A DNA stretch of 64,000 nt from contig NZ_JBLGCI010000015.1 of NCBI RefSeq assembly GCF_047617075.1, positions 882 through 64,881 on the forward strand, read 5' to 3'. Positions within the stretch are counted from its first letter, which is position 1. Each line of letters starts with the position of its first letter. The position numbers were made by a program, and so were the translations under genes. The notes below the pieces were generated by a model. It saw only the letters and a list, made by a program, of their open reading frames with translations. It was not told the origin of the DNA and did not search any database. This stretch comes from Brevundimonas sp. GTDB taxonomy: Bacteria; Pseudomonadota; Alphaproteobacteria; Caulobacterales; Caulobacteraceae. This document shows positions 12,293-22,634 of this stretch, piece after piece.

Positions 12293-12721
12293 ATGGACGT
12301 GCTCTACAAGGCTCATGCGACGGCCACCGGCGGCGGACGCGAGGACGGACGCTCGCGCACCGACGACGGCAAGATCGATGTGAAACTGTCCACCCCGACC
12401 GAAATGGGCGGCAAGGGCGGCGAGGGAACCAACCCCGAGCAGTTGTTCGCCACCGGCTACGCCGCCTGTTTCCTGGGCGCCCTGCGGCTGGTTTCCGGCC
12501 GAGAGAAGCATCCCGTCGCCGCCGACACGGCGGTTCAGACGACCGTCGGCTTCGGCAAGAACGACAAGGGCGAGGGCTTCAATCTGGATATCGAGATCAA
12601 GGTGACCGGGCACGGGCTGGACGCGGACGTCATCGACGACATTCTGGAGAAGACCCATCAGGTCTGTCCCTACTCCAACGCGACGCGCGGCAATGTCGAT
12701 GTTCGAATCGGGCGCGATTGA
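12293..12721 (+). CDS. ohr: Organic hydroperoxide resistance protein (Ohr/OsmC family)
   Basis: LYKAHATATGG, TNPEQLFATGYAACF, HQVCPYSNATRGN. Confidence 0.93.
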   Translation: MDVLYKAHATATGGGREDGRSRTDDGKIDVKLSTPTEMGGKGGEGTNPEQLFATGYAACFLGALRLVSGREKHPVAADTAVQTTVGFGKNDKGEGFNLDIEIKVTGHGLDADVIDDILEKTHQVCPYSNATRGNVDVRIGRD

Positions 12722-12741
12722 GGCTTTTTCTCACGAACCCG

Positions 12742-12766
12742 TGAACCTTTTCGGCATGGGTGAGTT
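12742..12766 (+). promoter_or_regulatory. Possible EcfG/sigmaT-type promoter
   Basis: TGAAC-N16-AGTT upstream of the small lipoprotein gene. Confidence 0.3.
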
Positions 12767-12798
12767 CATCAAGCTCCACACCAACGGAGACCCTTCCC

Positions 12799-13068
12799 AT
12801 GAAGAAGATCGCCATTCTGACGACCGGCGCTTTCGCCGCCCTGGCCCTGGCCGCCTGCGAGCCCGCCGATCCGGTGGCCGAAGAACAGGCCGATGCGGTT
12901 GAGGCCCAGGCCGACGTGGAGGCCGCCCAGCTCGAGGAGCAGGCCGACGCCGCCTACGACCAGGGCATGGACGAGCAGGGCGACGCCCTGAACGAAGAAG
13001 CCGACCAGGTTCAGGAAGAGGCCGACGAGCAGGCCGACCAGATCACCGAGAACAGCGAAGGCATGTAA
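12799..13068 (+). CDS. Small acidic lipoprotein
   Basis: MKKIAIL...LALAAC lipobox, GGAG RBS, E/D/Q/A-rich helical body. Confidence 0.8.
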   Translation: MKKIAILTTGAFAALALAACEPADPVAEEQADAVEAQADVEAAQLEEQADAAYDQGMDEQGDALNEEADQVQEEADEQADQITENSEGM

Positions 13069-13095
13069 GCCTTCCGGTCATTCGGATGTCATGAA

Positions 13096-13130
13096 GGGAG
13101 CCCCTCGCCTCGGCGGGGGGCTTTCTTCGT
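13096..13130 (+). terminator. Intrinsic terminator
   Basis: AGCCCCTCGCC-TC-GGCGGGGGGCT stem followed by TTCTTCGTTTG. Confidence 0.7.
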
Positions 13131-13174
13131 TTGTGGCGGTCGCACCGCTGGACCCGGCGGCGCGGAGTTTCTAG

Positions 13175-14194
13175 ATGGACGTCATGGCCTCATCCACTCC
13201 CCTCGACGCATCGCCCGACCCCATGCTGACGCTGGAGCCGCACCGCAAGGTGACGGTGAGGGAGGCGTTCGGCGTGGATTCCGACATGACGGTCCCGTGC
13301 TTCGACACGAAGGACAGCCACGTACCCGAGATCGACGAGGCCTATCAGTTCGATCCCCAGACCACTCTGGCCATCTGTGCGGGCTTCGCTTTCGACCGCC
13401 GGGTGATGGTTCAGGGCTATCACGGCACCGGCAAGTCCACCCATATCGAGCAGGTTGCGGCGCGGCTGAACTGGCCCATGGTTCGGGTCAATCTGGACGC
13501 CCACGTCAGCCGCATCGATCTGGTGGGCAAGGACGCCATCGTCCTGAAGGACGGCAAGCAGATCACCGAGTTCCGCGAGGGCATCCTGCCCTGGGCCATC
13601 CAGCGGCCGGTGGCCCTGGTGTTCGACGAATACGACGCCGGGCGGCCCGACGTGATGTTCGTGATCCAGCGGGTGCTAGAGGCGCAAGGACGCCTGACTC
13701 TGCTGGACCAGAACCGGGTCATTCGCCCGAACCGCTGGTTCCGCCTGTTCGCCACATCCAACACCGTGGGTCTGGGCGACACGACGGGCCTGTATCACGG
13801 CGCCCAGCAGATCAATCAGGCCCAGCTGGACCGCTGGAACATCGTCACCACCCTGAACTATCTGGACCACGACGTGGAGGCCGAGATCGTGGCCGCCAAG
13901 GTGCCCGAGTGGCGCGACGCCGAAGGCCGCCGCAAGATCGCCGCCATGGTCCGCGTGGCCGACATGACCCGCAACGCCTTCATGAACGGCGACATCTCCA
14001 CGGTGATGAGTCCGCGCACGGTCATCACCTGGGCCCAGAACGCCCTCATTTTCGGCGGCGACGTGGCCCTGTCCTTCCGCCTGACCTTCCTCAACAAGTG
14101 CGACGAGCTGGAGCGGCCCACCATCGCCGAGTTCTACCAGCGCGCCTTCGGCGAGGACCTGCCCGAGGCGGCGACGCGGGTGAAGGTGGGCTAG
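13175..14194 (+). CDS. cobS: Cobaltochelatase CobS-type AAA+ ATPase
   Basis: Walker [56 protein letters not shown]. Confidence 0.9.
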   Translation: MDVMASSTPLDASPDPMLTLEPHRKVTVREAFGVDSDMTVPCFDTKDSHVPEIDEAYQFDPQTTLAICAGFAFDRRVMVQGYHGTGKSTHIEQVAARLNWPMVRVNLDAHVSRIDLVGKDAIVLKDGKQITEFREGILPWAIQRPVALVFDEYDAGRPDVMFVIQRVLEAQGRLTLLDQNRVIRPNRWFRLFATSNTVGLGDTTGLYHGAQQINQAQLDRWNIVTTLNYLDHDVEAEIVAAKVPEWRDAEGRRKIAAMVRVADMTRNAFMNGDISTVMSPRTVITWAQNALIFGGDVALSFRLTFLNKCDELERPTIAEFYQRAFGEDLPEAATRVKVG

Positions 14195-15150
14195 GCGGCC
14201 TCCTGGCCCCGCGCGGCGGCCAGGGTGCGGTCCAGACGGGCCATGACCTCGTCGCGGCGCGCTTTCGCGGCGTTCAGCGCGGCCTCGGCCCGATCAATAA
14301 CGGACAGAAGCGCCTCACAGGCGTCGTTGAGCGCCCCCTGATCCGGGTTCACACGCCGAAGCGGGGTCAGCTTCTTGCCGTCGGCGCCCAGCGCCTTCAG
14401 CAGATCATCGCGCCAGCCCATGGCCGCCTCCGCAACCTGTCCCGCCGTCTCGGCCAGACGGGCGTCCACGTTCTGGACCATGCGGGTCAGGGGCAGGTGC
14501 TTCAGCCCGCCGTCCCGTGCCGGGTCGGCGCGCTCGGGAAAGGCCATCAGGGCCTCGTCCAGCTCTGTGATGGCGGTCAGCAGGCCCTGATGGTGCTCGT
14601 TCAGGGCTCCGTTGCGGCGGGCCAGTTCGGCGGCGGCGTCGCGCAGCTTGACCGCGGCGGTGGAGATGGACGGCGCCAAGTCCGTCACATGATCACGGAA
14701 GCGGGCCAGCCGCTTCTTGCGGCTGTCGAATATTCCGCCCAGACCTGTGCGCGGGGTCAGCTCGGACGGCCGCACCGTCGCGACACGCGCGCGCAGATCC
14801 TCAAGCTGTCCCCGGATGAAATCTGCGTCGGCGCCCTGGCACGTCTGGTTCAGCCGCTCGCACCCGGCGATGACCGCGGCGCGCAGACCTTCCAGCGGAC
14901 CGGCGTCGGCAGGTGCTCCGTCGTCGGCGGGCGTTTCGTCAGCGATATCTTCGGCAGTCGGCTCGGCGCCGGGGGCCTCGCCAACCGCATCCGCCCCAGC
15001 GGTCTCGTCCGCCGGGGCCTCGGCCACGGTGCCTTCCCCCGGTTCCCTGACGGGTTCCGTCACGTCCAAAGGCTTCTCCTCGGTTCGCGCGTCTGACACT
15101 GACCCCTCCACGTCCTGAACATCCGGGTCTTTCGCCCGGCGGAACGCCAC
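14191..15150 (-). CDS. Hypothetical protein, possibly TelA (toxic anion resistance)-like, with acidic N-terminal tail
   Basis: [16 protein letters not shown] followed by coiled-coil segment resembles TelA; GTG start. Confidence 0.45.
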   Translation of the reverse strand: MAFRRAKDPDVQDVEGSVSDARTEEKPLDVTEPVREPGEGTVAEAPADETAGADAVGEAPGAEPTAEDIADETPADDGAPADAGPLEGLRAAVIAGCERLNQTCQGADADFIRGQLEDLRARVATVRPSELTPRTGLGGIFDSRKKRLARFRDHVTDLAPSISTAAVKLRDAAAELARRNGALNEHHQGLLTAITELDEALMAFPERADPARDGGLKHLPLTRMVQNVDARLAETAGQVAEAAMGWRDDLLKALGADGKKLTPLRRVNPDQGALNDACEALLSVIDRAEAALNAAKARRDEVMARLDRTLAAARGQEAA

Positions 15151-15809
15151 TATGCCAGCGAACTAACCTTTTCGGAAACCGTGAAGTCGGCTTCGGTCTT
15201 CTCGCGTACCTCGTCCAGGGTGACGCCGTCCGCCAGTTCCACCAGCTCCAGACCCGATCCGTCCGGCTTTACGTCGAACACCGCCAGATCGGTGATAATG
15301 CGGCTGACCACGCCGGTTCCGGTCAGCGGCAGGGTGCAGGATTTCAGCACCTTTGACTGGCCGTGCTTGTTGGCGTGATCCATGACCACCACCACGCGCT
15401 TGACGCCGGCCACCAGATCCATGGCGCCGCCCATGCCCTTCACCAGCTTGCCGGGGATCATCCAGTTGGCGATGTCGCCGTTCTGGGCCACTTCCATGGC
15501 GCCGAGGATCGACAGGTCGATGTGCCCGCCCCGGATCATGGCGAAGCTGTCGGCGCTGCTGAAATAGGCGCTCTCGGGAATCTCGGTGATGGTCTGCTTG
15601 CCCGCATTGATCAGGTCCGGATCCACCTGATCCTCATAGGGAAACGGCCCCATGCCCAGCATGCCGTTCTCCGACTGCAGGGTCACGGTCATGCCCTGGG
15701 GGATGTAGTTGGCCACCAGGGTCGGGATGCCGATGCCCAGGTTCACATAGAAGCCGTCCTGCAGCTCCTTGGCGGCGCGTTCGGCCAGTTGTTCGCGGGT
15801 GCGGGCCAT
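15150..15809 (-). CDS. scoB: 3-oxoacid CoA-transferase subunit B
   Basis: [15 protein letters not shown] (catalytic Glu), [23 protein letters not shown]. Confidence 0.92.
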   Translation of the reverse strand: MARTREQLAERAAKELQDGFYVNLGIGIPTLVANYIPQGMTVTLQSENGMLGMGPFPYEDQVDPDLINAGKQTITEIPESAYFSSADSFAMIRGGHIDLSILGAMEVAQNGDIANWMIPGKLVKGMGGAMDLVAGVKRVVVVMDHANKHGQSKVLKSCTLPLTGTGVVSRIITDLAVFDVKPDGSGLELVELADGVTLDEVREKTEADFTVSEKVSSLA

Positions 15810-16513
15810 TATGCGCTCTCCTTTTGACGGACGGTGCGCTGTTCGATGCGCTTCTCGAAGGTTCCCTGGATCAGGCGGTCCACATAGATCCCCGGGGTGT
15901 GGATGTGGTCAGGGTCCAGCGAGCCTGTGGGCACGATCTCCTCCACCTCCACCAGACAGACCTTGCCGGCGGTGGCCATCATCGGGTTGAAGTTGCGGGC
16001 GGTCTTGCGGAACACCAGATTGCCGCGCTCGTCAGCCTTCCATGCCTTGACGATCGACAGGTCGGCGACGAGGCCGGTCTCCATCACATAGTCGCGGCCG
16101 TCGAAATTGCGCACTTCCTTGCCCTCGGCCACCAGGGTGCCGACGCCGGTGGCGGTGAAGAAGGCGGGGATGCCCGCGCCGCCCGCGCGGATGCGCTCGG
16201 CCAAGGTGCCTTGGGGATTGAACTCCAGCTCCAGCTCGCCAGCCAGATACTGGCGCTCGAACTCCTTGTTCTCGCCGACGTAGGAGCTGATCATCTTCCT
16301 GATCTGGCGCGTCTCCAGCAGCTGGCCCAGGCCGAAGCCGTCCACGCCCGCATTGTTGGAGATGACGGTCAGGCCCTTCACGCCCGACGCCTTCAGGCCG
16401 GCGATCAGGTTCTCGGGAATGCCGCACAGGCCGAAGCCGCCCGCCATGACGGTCATGCCGTCGAACGTCAGGCCCTCCAGCGCGGCCTTAGCGTCAGGAT
16501 AGATTTTTCCCAT
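15809..16513 (-). CDS. scoA: 3-oxoacid CoA-transferase subunit A
   Basis: [48 protein letters not shown]. Confidence 0.92.
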   Translation of the reverse strand: MGKIYPDAKAALEGLTFDGMTVMAGGFGLCGIPENLIAGLKASGVKGLTVISNNAGVDGFGLGQLLETRQIRKMISSYVGENKEFERQYLAGELELEFNPQGTLAERIRAGGAGIPAFFTATGVGTLVAEGKEVRNFDGRDYVMETGLVADLSIVKAWKADERGNLVFRKTARNFNPMMATAGKVCLVEVEEIVPTGSLDPDHIHTPGIYVDRLIQGTFEKRIEQRTVRQKESA

Positions 16514-16618
16514 GAGTGCGTCCCTGGCGTCCCTGATTTTCACCGACTAATGAATAACGCGGCCTGCGCGCTTCCTAGCCGGAGGCGGCCGCGCGGGCAA
16601 GACCGACTGTCTACCCGG

Positions 16619-17401
16619 TCAGCGCGCCGAACCCAAGGTCACAGGCTGGGACGGGGGCGCCCCGCGCGAGCGATACTTCGCGCCCTTGATCAGGCTGACC
16701 GCCGCCTCCCAGTGAATGCCCCACATGACCTTCCAGGTCAGCAGCGGGTGGGTGACGAAGGCGCGGATCAGGGCGCCGTTGGTCAGGGGGCGTCGTTCGC
16801 CCGCGAAACTGGCGGTCAGGATCGGCGTCTGGCCCCGGCGCACGGCGATGGTGACGCCCACCGCCTCGCCCGGCGGGCGCACGGTGAAATCATAGGTCAG
16901 ATCCATGTCCATCAGGGGGGAGACGAAGAACGTTTTGTCCGCGCTCTGGCGCACCGGGCCGTCCCCGGCGGGCGTTGCGATCAAATAGCTGTGGCGCTCA
17001 TGGAAGGTGTTGGTGACCTCGTACAGGATGGCCGCCAGCGTCCCGTCCGGGCGGTGACAGAAGAAGACGCTCAGCGGATTGAAGCCGTAGCCGAGGATGC
17101 GCGGCATGGTCAGCAGGCGGATCGGCCCTCCCGCCAGGTCGATGCCCGCCTCGGCCAGATGCCCCTCCACCTGAGTGCGCAGCGGGCGGCCGGACCGGTC
17201 GCCGTGGTCGGCGGCGCGCCAGCTCATCAGGCCGAACCGTCCCCGGCCCAGCAGGCTGGGCCGCCGGTCCTCGATGTGGTCCAGATCCAGCAAGAGCATA
17301 TAGACCCGGTAGGCCAGCCGGTGCCGGATGCCGTGCATGCGCTCGTGGATCACCCGCCCCACATAGAGCGCACTGGCGTCAGGCGAGGCGGCCTTCAGCA
17401 T
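16619..17401 (-). CDS. DUF1365 family protein
   Basis: YVGRVIHER, LLTMPRILGYGFNPLSVFFC, YEVTNTFHERHSY, KTFFVSP, IHWEA. Confidence 0.88.
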   Translation of the reverse strand: MLKAASPDASALYVGRVIHERMHGIRHRLAYRVYMLLLDLDHIEDRRPSLLGRGRFGLMSWRAADHGDRSGRPLRTQVEGHLAEAGIDLAGGPIRLLTMPRILGYGFNPLSVFFCHRPDGTLAAILYEVTNTFHERHSYLIATPAGDGPVRQSADKTFFVSPLMDMDLTYDFTVRPPGEAVGVTIAVRRGQTPILTASFAGERRPLTNGALIRAFVTHPLLTWKVMWGIHWEAAVSLIKGAKYRSRGAPPSQPVTLGSAR

Positions 17402-17405
17402 GGGA

Positions 17406-18827
17406 TCAGGCCACCTGCACCGCAGGCCGACTCATGGAGGCGCTTCGCCCAACGCCTTGGGGCGTGGCCACGTGGATGCGACCGCTCTCGTTCTCGACGC
17501 TCCAGGGGCGGCGTACGCCGCCCAGCTGTTCCGCCACAGCCAGGCCGGACTGGATGCCGTCCTCATGGAAGCCCGATCCGAACCAGGCGCCGCAGAACCA
17601 CACATTGCGCGCGCCCTGCAGGGACCACAGCTCGCGCTGCGCGGCGACAGCGGCGCGGTTGAACACCGGGTGCTCATAGTCCCATTCGCCCAGCACCGTG
17701 GCGGGGTCCGGCTCCTGCGCCGGGTTCAGGCTGACGAACAGGTTGGGCCCGGGCAGGGACTGCAGATCGTTCATCCAGTAGGTGACGCCGCCCTCACCGC
17801 ATCGGTCGCTATGACCCAGGTGATTCCAGGCGGCCCACGCCTTGCGGCGTTTGGGCATCAACGCGGCGTCACGGTGCAGGACGGCGCGGTTCTTCTGATA
17901 GGGGACGGCGCCGATCAGGCGACGTTCCTCGGCGGCGGGCGCCTCCAGAAGGGCGAGGGCCTGATCCGAGTGGACCGCCAGCACCACGGCGTCGAACCGC
18001 TCCAGCGAGCCGTCCGGCAGCCGCACCGCCGCCGCGTCGCGCCCGCGCGCCACGCCGGTCACCCGTGTATGGCGGACTGTGCCGGAAAAGTCGGCCAGGA
18101 TGCGCTGGACATATTCGCGACTGCCGCCGTCCACGGTGCGCCAGGTGGGCCGCGTGTCATAGGTCAGCAGGTTATGGTTCATGTAGAAGCGCACGAAGGA
18201 TGCGGCCGGATAGTCGCTCATCTGGGCCATGGACGAGGACCAGATGGCCGCCGCCTGGGGCAGCAGATGGGCGTCCCGGAAAAGGGGGCCATAGCCGCGC
18301 CGGTCCAGATATGCGTCCAGGGTTTCTCCGCTGGCTTCCAGCTCGGCCAGATCAGCGGGCGCCTCCTTCTGGAAGCGCAGCACGTCGCCGATCATGCGCC
18401 AGAAGCGGGGGCTGGCGTAGTTGCGCTTCTGGGCGAACAGGGCGTCGACTCCGTGGCTGGAATATTCCAGCGCTCCCCCGTCCAGCGAAACAGCGAAGGA
18501 CATGTAGGCCGCCTTGTTGGGCACATTCAGGTGCGCGAACAGGGCGGTCAGATTGGGGTAGTTGGCCTCGTTGTAGACGATGAAGCCGGTGTCCACCGCC
18601 ACCGGCCCGTGGGGCGAAGGCGCGTCCACGGTGTTGGAATGGCCGCCGATGCGATCCTCGGCCTCGTACAGCGTCACATCATGGGCCTTGCCCAGCAGCC
18701 AGGCGGCGGACAGGCCGGCGATGCCAGAGCCCACCACTGCGATGCGCTTGCGCTCGCCGGGGGCGGCGTCACTGGAGGCGACGAGATGGGGCGGCAAAGG
18801 GAACCTCCGGGTCCGAACGGGCTTCAC
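17406..18827 (-). CDS. NAD(P)/FAD-dependent oxidoreductase (amine-oxidase/desaturase-like)
   Basis: IAVVGSGIAGLSAA, RIGGHSNT, VDTGFIVYN..NYPN, GAWFGSGFHEDG; start uncertain (GTG 18827). Confidence 0.85.
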   Translation of the reverse strand: MKPVRTRRFPLPPHLVASSDAAPGERKRIAVVGSGIAGLSAAWLLGKAHDVTLYEAEDRIGGHSNTVDAPSPHGPVAVDTGFIVYNEANYPNLTALFAHLNVPNKAAYMSFAVSLDGGALEYSSHGVDALFAQKRNYASPRFWRMIGDVLRFQKEAPADLAELEASGETLDAYLDRRGYGPLFRDAHLLPQAAAIWSSSMAQMSDYPAASFVRFYMNHNLLTYDTRPTWRTVDGGSREYVQRILADFSGTVRHTRVTGVARGRDAAAVRLPDGSLERFDAVVLAVHSDQALALLEAPAAEERRLIGAVPYQKNRAVLHRDAALMPKRRKAWAAWNHLGHSDRCGEGGVTYWMNDLQSLPGPNLFVSLNPAQEPDPATVLGEWDYEHPVFNRAAVAAQRELWSLQGARNVWFCGAWFGSGFHEDGIQSGLAVAEQLGGVRRPWSVENESGRIHVATPQGVGRSASMSRPAVQVA

Positions 18828-18832
18828 GAACA

Positions 18833-18887
18833 GCTACGGCCCGCCGCGCCCGCCGGATGACATCCGGATGTGAAGCTGCGCCGTATA
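18833..18887. promoter_or_regulatory. Two overlapping divergent ECF promoters, RpoE-ChrR (ECF11)-like
   Basis: Minus: TCATCC(18860-18855)-N16-CGTAGC; plus: ACATCC(18860-18865)-N16-CGTATA; compared from memory with the TGATCC-N16-CGTA type consensus. Confidence 0.6.
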
Positions 18888-18922
18888 TGCACTGAAATGC
18901 CGCGCCTTAGGAGCCGTTCCGA

Positions 18923-19951
18923 ATGAATCTGGCCAATGCCGCCATCCGCCGTCTGCAGGACGCCCCCTTTCCCGATTTCGTGACCCGTCCTGCGGTGGCC
19001 AGCCTGGTGGCCGAGGCCAGGAAGCGCCTGGCCAAGGACCCGCCCCATACGGAGTTCGACTTCGCTTGCCAGATGGCCGCCCGGCCGGTGGCCGAGCACG
19101 CCGACGCGGCCAATGAGCAGCACTATGAGCTGCCGCCGCAGTTCTTCCGCCTGTGTCTGGGACCGCGCCTGAAATACTCCTGCTGCCTGTATCCGACCGG
19201 CGGCGAGACCCTGGCCGAGGCCGAGGAATTCGCCCTGGCGGAAACCTGCCAGCACGCGGACCTCAAGGACGGCCAGTCAATTCTTGAGATGGGTTGCGGC
19301 TGGGGTTCGCTGAGTCTGTGGATGGCCGAGCGCTATCCGAACGCGCGGATCACGGCGGTGTCCAACTCCTCGAGCCAGCGCGGCCACATCGAGGCTGCGG
19401 CCGTGGCCCTGGGGTTGAAGAACCTGACCGTCGTCACCCGCGACATGAACGATTTCCAGACCAGCGAACGGTTCGACCGCATCGTCTCGGTGGAGATGTT
19501 CGAGCACATGGCCAACTGGCGCGAGCTGCTGACACGGGCGCGCGGCTGGCTGAAGCCGGATGGGCGGATGTTCATCCATGTGTTCACCCACAAGGACGCG
19601 CCCTATCGCTTCGACCATACCGACAGCGGCGACTTCATCGCCCAGCATTTCTTCACCGGCGGCGTGATGCCCAGCCACCGTCTGATCCGCCAGTTCCCCG
19701 ACCTGTTCGAGGTGGAGGAGGAGTGGCGCTGGTCCGGCGAGCACTATCAGCGCACCGCCGACCACTGGCTGGAGAATTTCGACGCCCACAAGGGCGAGGT
19801 CATGGAGCTGATGCGCCAGACCTATGGTGCGGATGCGAAGCTGTGGGCGCGGCGCTGGCGGCGTTTCTTCATGGCCACGGCCGGCCTGTTCGGCGACGAC
19901 GGCGGGCGCACCTGGGGCGTCAGCCACTACCGGCTCAAGCCGTTCGTTTGA
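18923..19951 (+). CDS. Cyclopropane-fatty-acyl-phospholipid synthase family SAM methyltransferase
   Basis: ANEQHYE, LKYSCCLY, ILEMGCGWGSL, FDRIVSVEMFEHM, FFTGGVMPS. Confidence 0.88.
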   Translation: MNLANAAIRRLQDAPFPDFVTRPAVASLVAEARKRLAKDPPHTEFDFACQMAARPVAEHADAANEQHYELPPQFFRLCLGPRLKYSCCLYPTGGETLAEAEEFALAETCQHADLKDGQSILEMGCGWGSLSLWMAERYPNARITAVSNSSSQRGHIEAAAVALGLKNLTVVTRDMNDFQTSERFDRIVSVEMFEHMANWRELLTRARGWLKPDGRMFIHVFTHKDAPYRFDHTDSGDFIAQHFFTGGVMPSHRLIRQFPDLFEVEEEWRWSGEHYQRTADHWLENFDAHKGEVMELMRQTYGADAKLWARRWRRFFMATAGLFGDDGGRTWGVSHYRLKPFV

Positions 19952-19972
19952 TGGAATAATGGGAGACGACCG

Positions 19973-20386
19973 ATGATCAAATATGTAGCCGCCTATGTGG
20001 GGGCGGGCGTGGCCTTCGCCGCCATCGACGCAGTGTGGCTGACCACCATGGCTGACCGGCTGTACCGCCCGACCATCGGGCCGATCATGGCCGACAAGCC
20101 GAACATGGTGGCGGCGGTTGCCTTCTACCTGATCTATCTGTTCGGGGTCGTCTTCCTGGCCATCGCGCCGGCGCTGAAGGACGGCCATTGGACCCGCGCC
20201 CTGATCACGGGGGCGGTGCTGGGGCTGGTGGCTTATGCGACCTATGACCTGACCAACCAGGCGACCCTGGCCGTCTGGTCCACCAAGATGACGATCATCG
20301 ACATCATCTGGGGCACGGTCCTGACCGCCAGCGCATCCACGGCGGGCTATTTCGCCGCCAGCTGGGCCGAGGGGCGCTGGGGCTGA
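19973..20386 (+). CDS. DUF2177 family membrane protein
   Basis: IDAVWL, YATYDLTN, IDIIWG motifs; four hydrophobic segments. Confidence 0.85.
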   Translation: MIKYVAAYVGAGVAFAAIDAVWLTTMADRLYRPTIGPIMADKPNMVAAVAFYLIYLFGVVFLAIAPALKDGHWTRALITGAVLGLVAYATYDLTNQATLAVWSTKMTIIDIIWGTVLTASASTAGYFAASWAEGRWG

Positions 20387-20481
20387 TCCGGCTCGCCCCG
20401 CGCAAGCTGCGTTAACCTTTTCCCTCGCCTGAGACGGGTTCGGGCTGGCACGCTGATCCCTTGTTGGGTTAACAGGGGGCC

Positions 20482-21408
20482 GTGAACCAGTCTGGTTTCC
20501 GGGGGGCGATAGGGTTGCGCGCCAGCATCAACGCACTGACGGCGGCATTGATCGTGGGGGTGATCATGGGCCTGGCCCTGACGCCGGACGGTCGCGGCTG
20601 GCTGCGCAACCCCACCCTCATGCTGGGCTCGGCCAACGCATCGGCCAGCCCGCCCGCTCCGCAAGTGACGGCGGCCGTGGCCCGGCCCGAACCTGTCGCT
20701 CCCGCCGCCCCGCGCATCACCCCGCTCAGCCGGCGTCTGGCCGAGGGCGAGCTGGTGGTGGGAGTGATCGGCGACTCCATGGCCGACGGCCTGTGGACCG
20801 GCGTCTATCGCGATCTGCGCGACGTGGACGGCGTCCGCGTGGTCCGCATGGCCGAGGTCTCCACCGGCCTGTCGCGCTATGACTATGTGAACGTTCAGGA
20901 CAAGACCGCCCGCCAGCTGCGCGAACAGCCCATCGACGCGGCGGTGGTCATGTTCGGCACCAACGACGCCCAGGCCATCGAGCACGACGGGGTGATCCAC
21001 CAGTTCGGCACGCCGGGCTGGCGCGAGATCTACGCCCGGCGGGTGGATGATCTGGTGGGCCTGCTGCGCGAGAACGACGTGGCGGTCTACTGGGTCGGCC
21101 TGCCGCGCATGAAACGGGAGTCCTTCGACGGGCGCATGGCCCAGATCAACGAGCTTGTGGCCGGGCGCATGGCGGCGCTGGACGTGCCCTATATCGACAC
21201 CGTGGCCCTGACCTCCAACGAGGGCGGCGATTACGACGCCTATCTGGCAGCCTCTGACGGACGTCGCCGCCTGATGCGGGCCCACGACGGCATCCACATG
21301 TCCATGGCCGGCTATCTGCGCCTGACCGAGCCGGTGACCGAGCGCCTGCGCGCCGACGCGGGCCTGAACCGCATAATGGACGGGGCGGCGGACGGGGCCG
21401 CGGGGTGA
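20482..21408 (+). CDS. SGNH/GDSL protein, DUF459/PatB-like O-acetyltransferase
   Basis: TM anchor, GDSM block I, STGLSR, GTND block III, DGIH block V. Confidence 0.75.
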   Translation: MNQSGFRGAIGLRASINALTAALIVGVIMGLALTPDGRGWLRNPTLMLGSANASASPPAPQVTAAVARPEPVAPAAPRITPLSRRLAEGELVVGVIGDSMADGLWTGVYRDLRDVDGVRVVRMAEVSTGLSRYDYVNVQDKTARQLREQPIDAAVVMFGTNDAQAIEHDGVIHQFGTPGWREIYARRVDDLVGLLRENDVAVYWVGLPRMKRESFDGRMAQINELVAGRMAALDVPYIDTVALTSNEGGDYDAYLAASDGRRRLMRAHDGIHMSMAGYLRLTEPVTERLRADAGLNRIMDGAADGAAG

Positions 21409-22631
21409 GACCGGCCCGGCTGGCCGGGCTGGTCGCGGCGCTCATGACGATGATCACGCCAGCGGCCGCGCAGGACTCCATGACCGCTCTCGAACGCCCT
21501 GAAACCCTGGCGCGCTTCTTCGCCGCCCTGGACGCGGCCCAGGCCGGGGAAGGCGAGCGGCCGGTGCACATCCTGCAACTGGGCGACAGCCACACGGTAG
21601 GCGATCTGATCACCGCCTCGCTGCGGTCGCGCCTGCAGAACAGCATCGGCCGGGGCGGGCGCGGCGTCCTGCCGCCCGGCAAGCCCTATCCCCTTTATCA
21701 ACCCCGTCAGGTGGAGCTGTTCGAACAGGCGTGGACCGCCGTGACCCCGTCGCCGGGTTCGGACGCCATGGCCGGCGTGGGACTGAGCGGATCGCGGGCG
21801 TTGATCTGGGGCGAGGGATCGTCCCTGCGCATCGAGGCCGAGGGCTCCGCCGCCTTCAGCCGCGTGGTGCTGTGCGCAGCCACCGGCCCCGCCGCCGGGA
21901 GCCTGACGGTGCGGGCGGGTTTCAGCGAGACGGCGGTCAGTTTCGCGGAGCCGGTTCCCGGCGCCGCCTGCCGCGAGGTGCGGCTGGAAGAACCGACGCG
22001 CGCGGCGACCATAATCGGCGGGACCGGCGCAGTTGACCTGCATTCCGTGGGCGCGTTCGCCGACGGCCCCGGCGTCGCCGTGTCGGCGCTGGGCGTCATC
22101 GGCGCGACCCTGAGAGACCTGGCCGTGCGCGATCCGGCGGTGGTGCGCGCCGAGCTGGACGCCTGGCGACCGGACCTGATCATTCTGGCCTTCGGCACCA
22201 ACGAGGGCTTCGATCCCTTCCTCGACCCCGCCGCCTATGAGCCCCTGCTGCGCGGCCAGATCACCCAGCTGCGGACGCTGGCGCCTCAGGCCGACATCCT
22301 GATCCTGGGCGCGCCGGACGCCCAGCGGCCGGAAGGCGGCGGAACCTGCGGCGACGAAGAGAGCCTGTGGCGCATACCCCGCGAGCTGCCGCTGGTCCGG
22401 GATGTGCAGCGCCGGGTCGCCGCCGACATGGGTGTGGCGTTCTGGGACTGGCATGCACGCATGGGTGGGGACTGTTCAGCGCACCGGCTGGCCACGGCGT
22501 ATGAGCCCCTGATGCGGGGCGACCATGTGCATTTCAACTCCGCCGGGGGCGACTGGATCGGACAGATGCTGTCCGAAGACCTGACCGCCGCCTGGCGCGC
22601 GAGGGCCGTCCCGGCCGCCGCGGAGGAATAG
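21405..22631 (+). CDS. SGNH/GDSL hydrolase, Ape1-like O-acetyl esterase
   Basis: Signal peptide, ILQLGDSHT, GVIGAT, FGTNE, DHVHF; GTGA overlap with previous gene. Confidence 0.75.
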   Translation: MRPARLAGLVAALMTMITPAAAQDSMTALERPETLARFFAALDAAQAGEGERPVHILQLGDSHTVGDLITASLRSRLQNSIGRGGRGVLPPGKPYPLYQPRQVELFEQAWTAVTPSPGSDAMAGVGLSGSRALIWGEGSSLRIEAEGSAAFSRVVLCAATGPAAGSLTVRAGFSETAVSFAEPVPGAACREVRLEEPTRAATIIGGTGAVDLHSVGAFADGPGVAVSALGVIGATLRDLAVRDPAVVRAELDAWRPDLIILAFGTNEGFDPFLDPAAYEPLLRGQITQLRTLAPQADILILGAPDAQRPEGGGTCGDEESLWRIPRELPLVRDVQRRVAADMGVAFWDWHARMGGDCSAHRLATAYEPLMRGDHVHFNSAGGDWIGQMLSEDLTAAWRARAVPAAAEE

Positions 22632-22634
22632 CCC

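Noticed and set aside
20410-20471. TTAA half-sites (also at 27821) as CtrA boxes
   Set aside because: Only isolated half-sites, with no N7-spaced partner.
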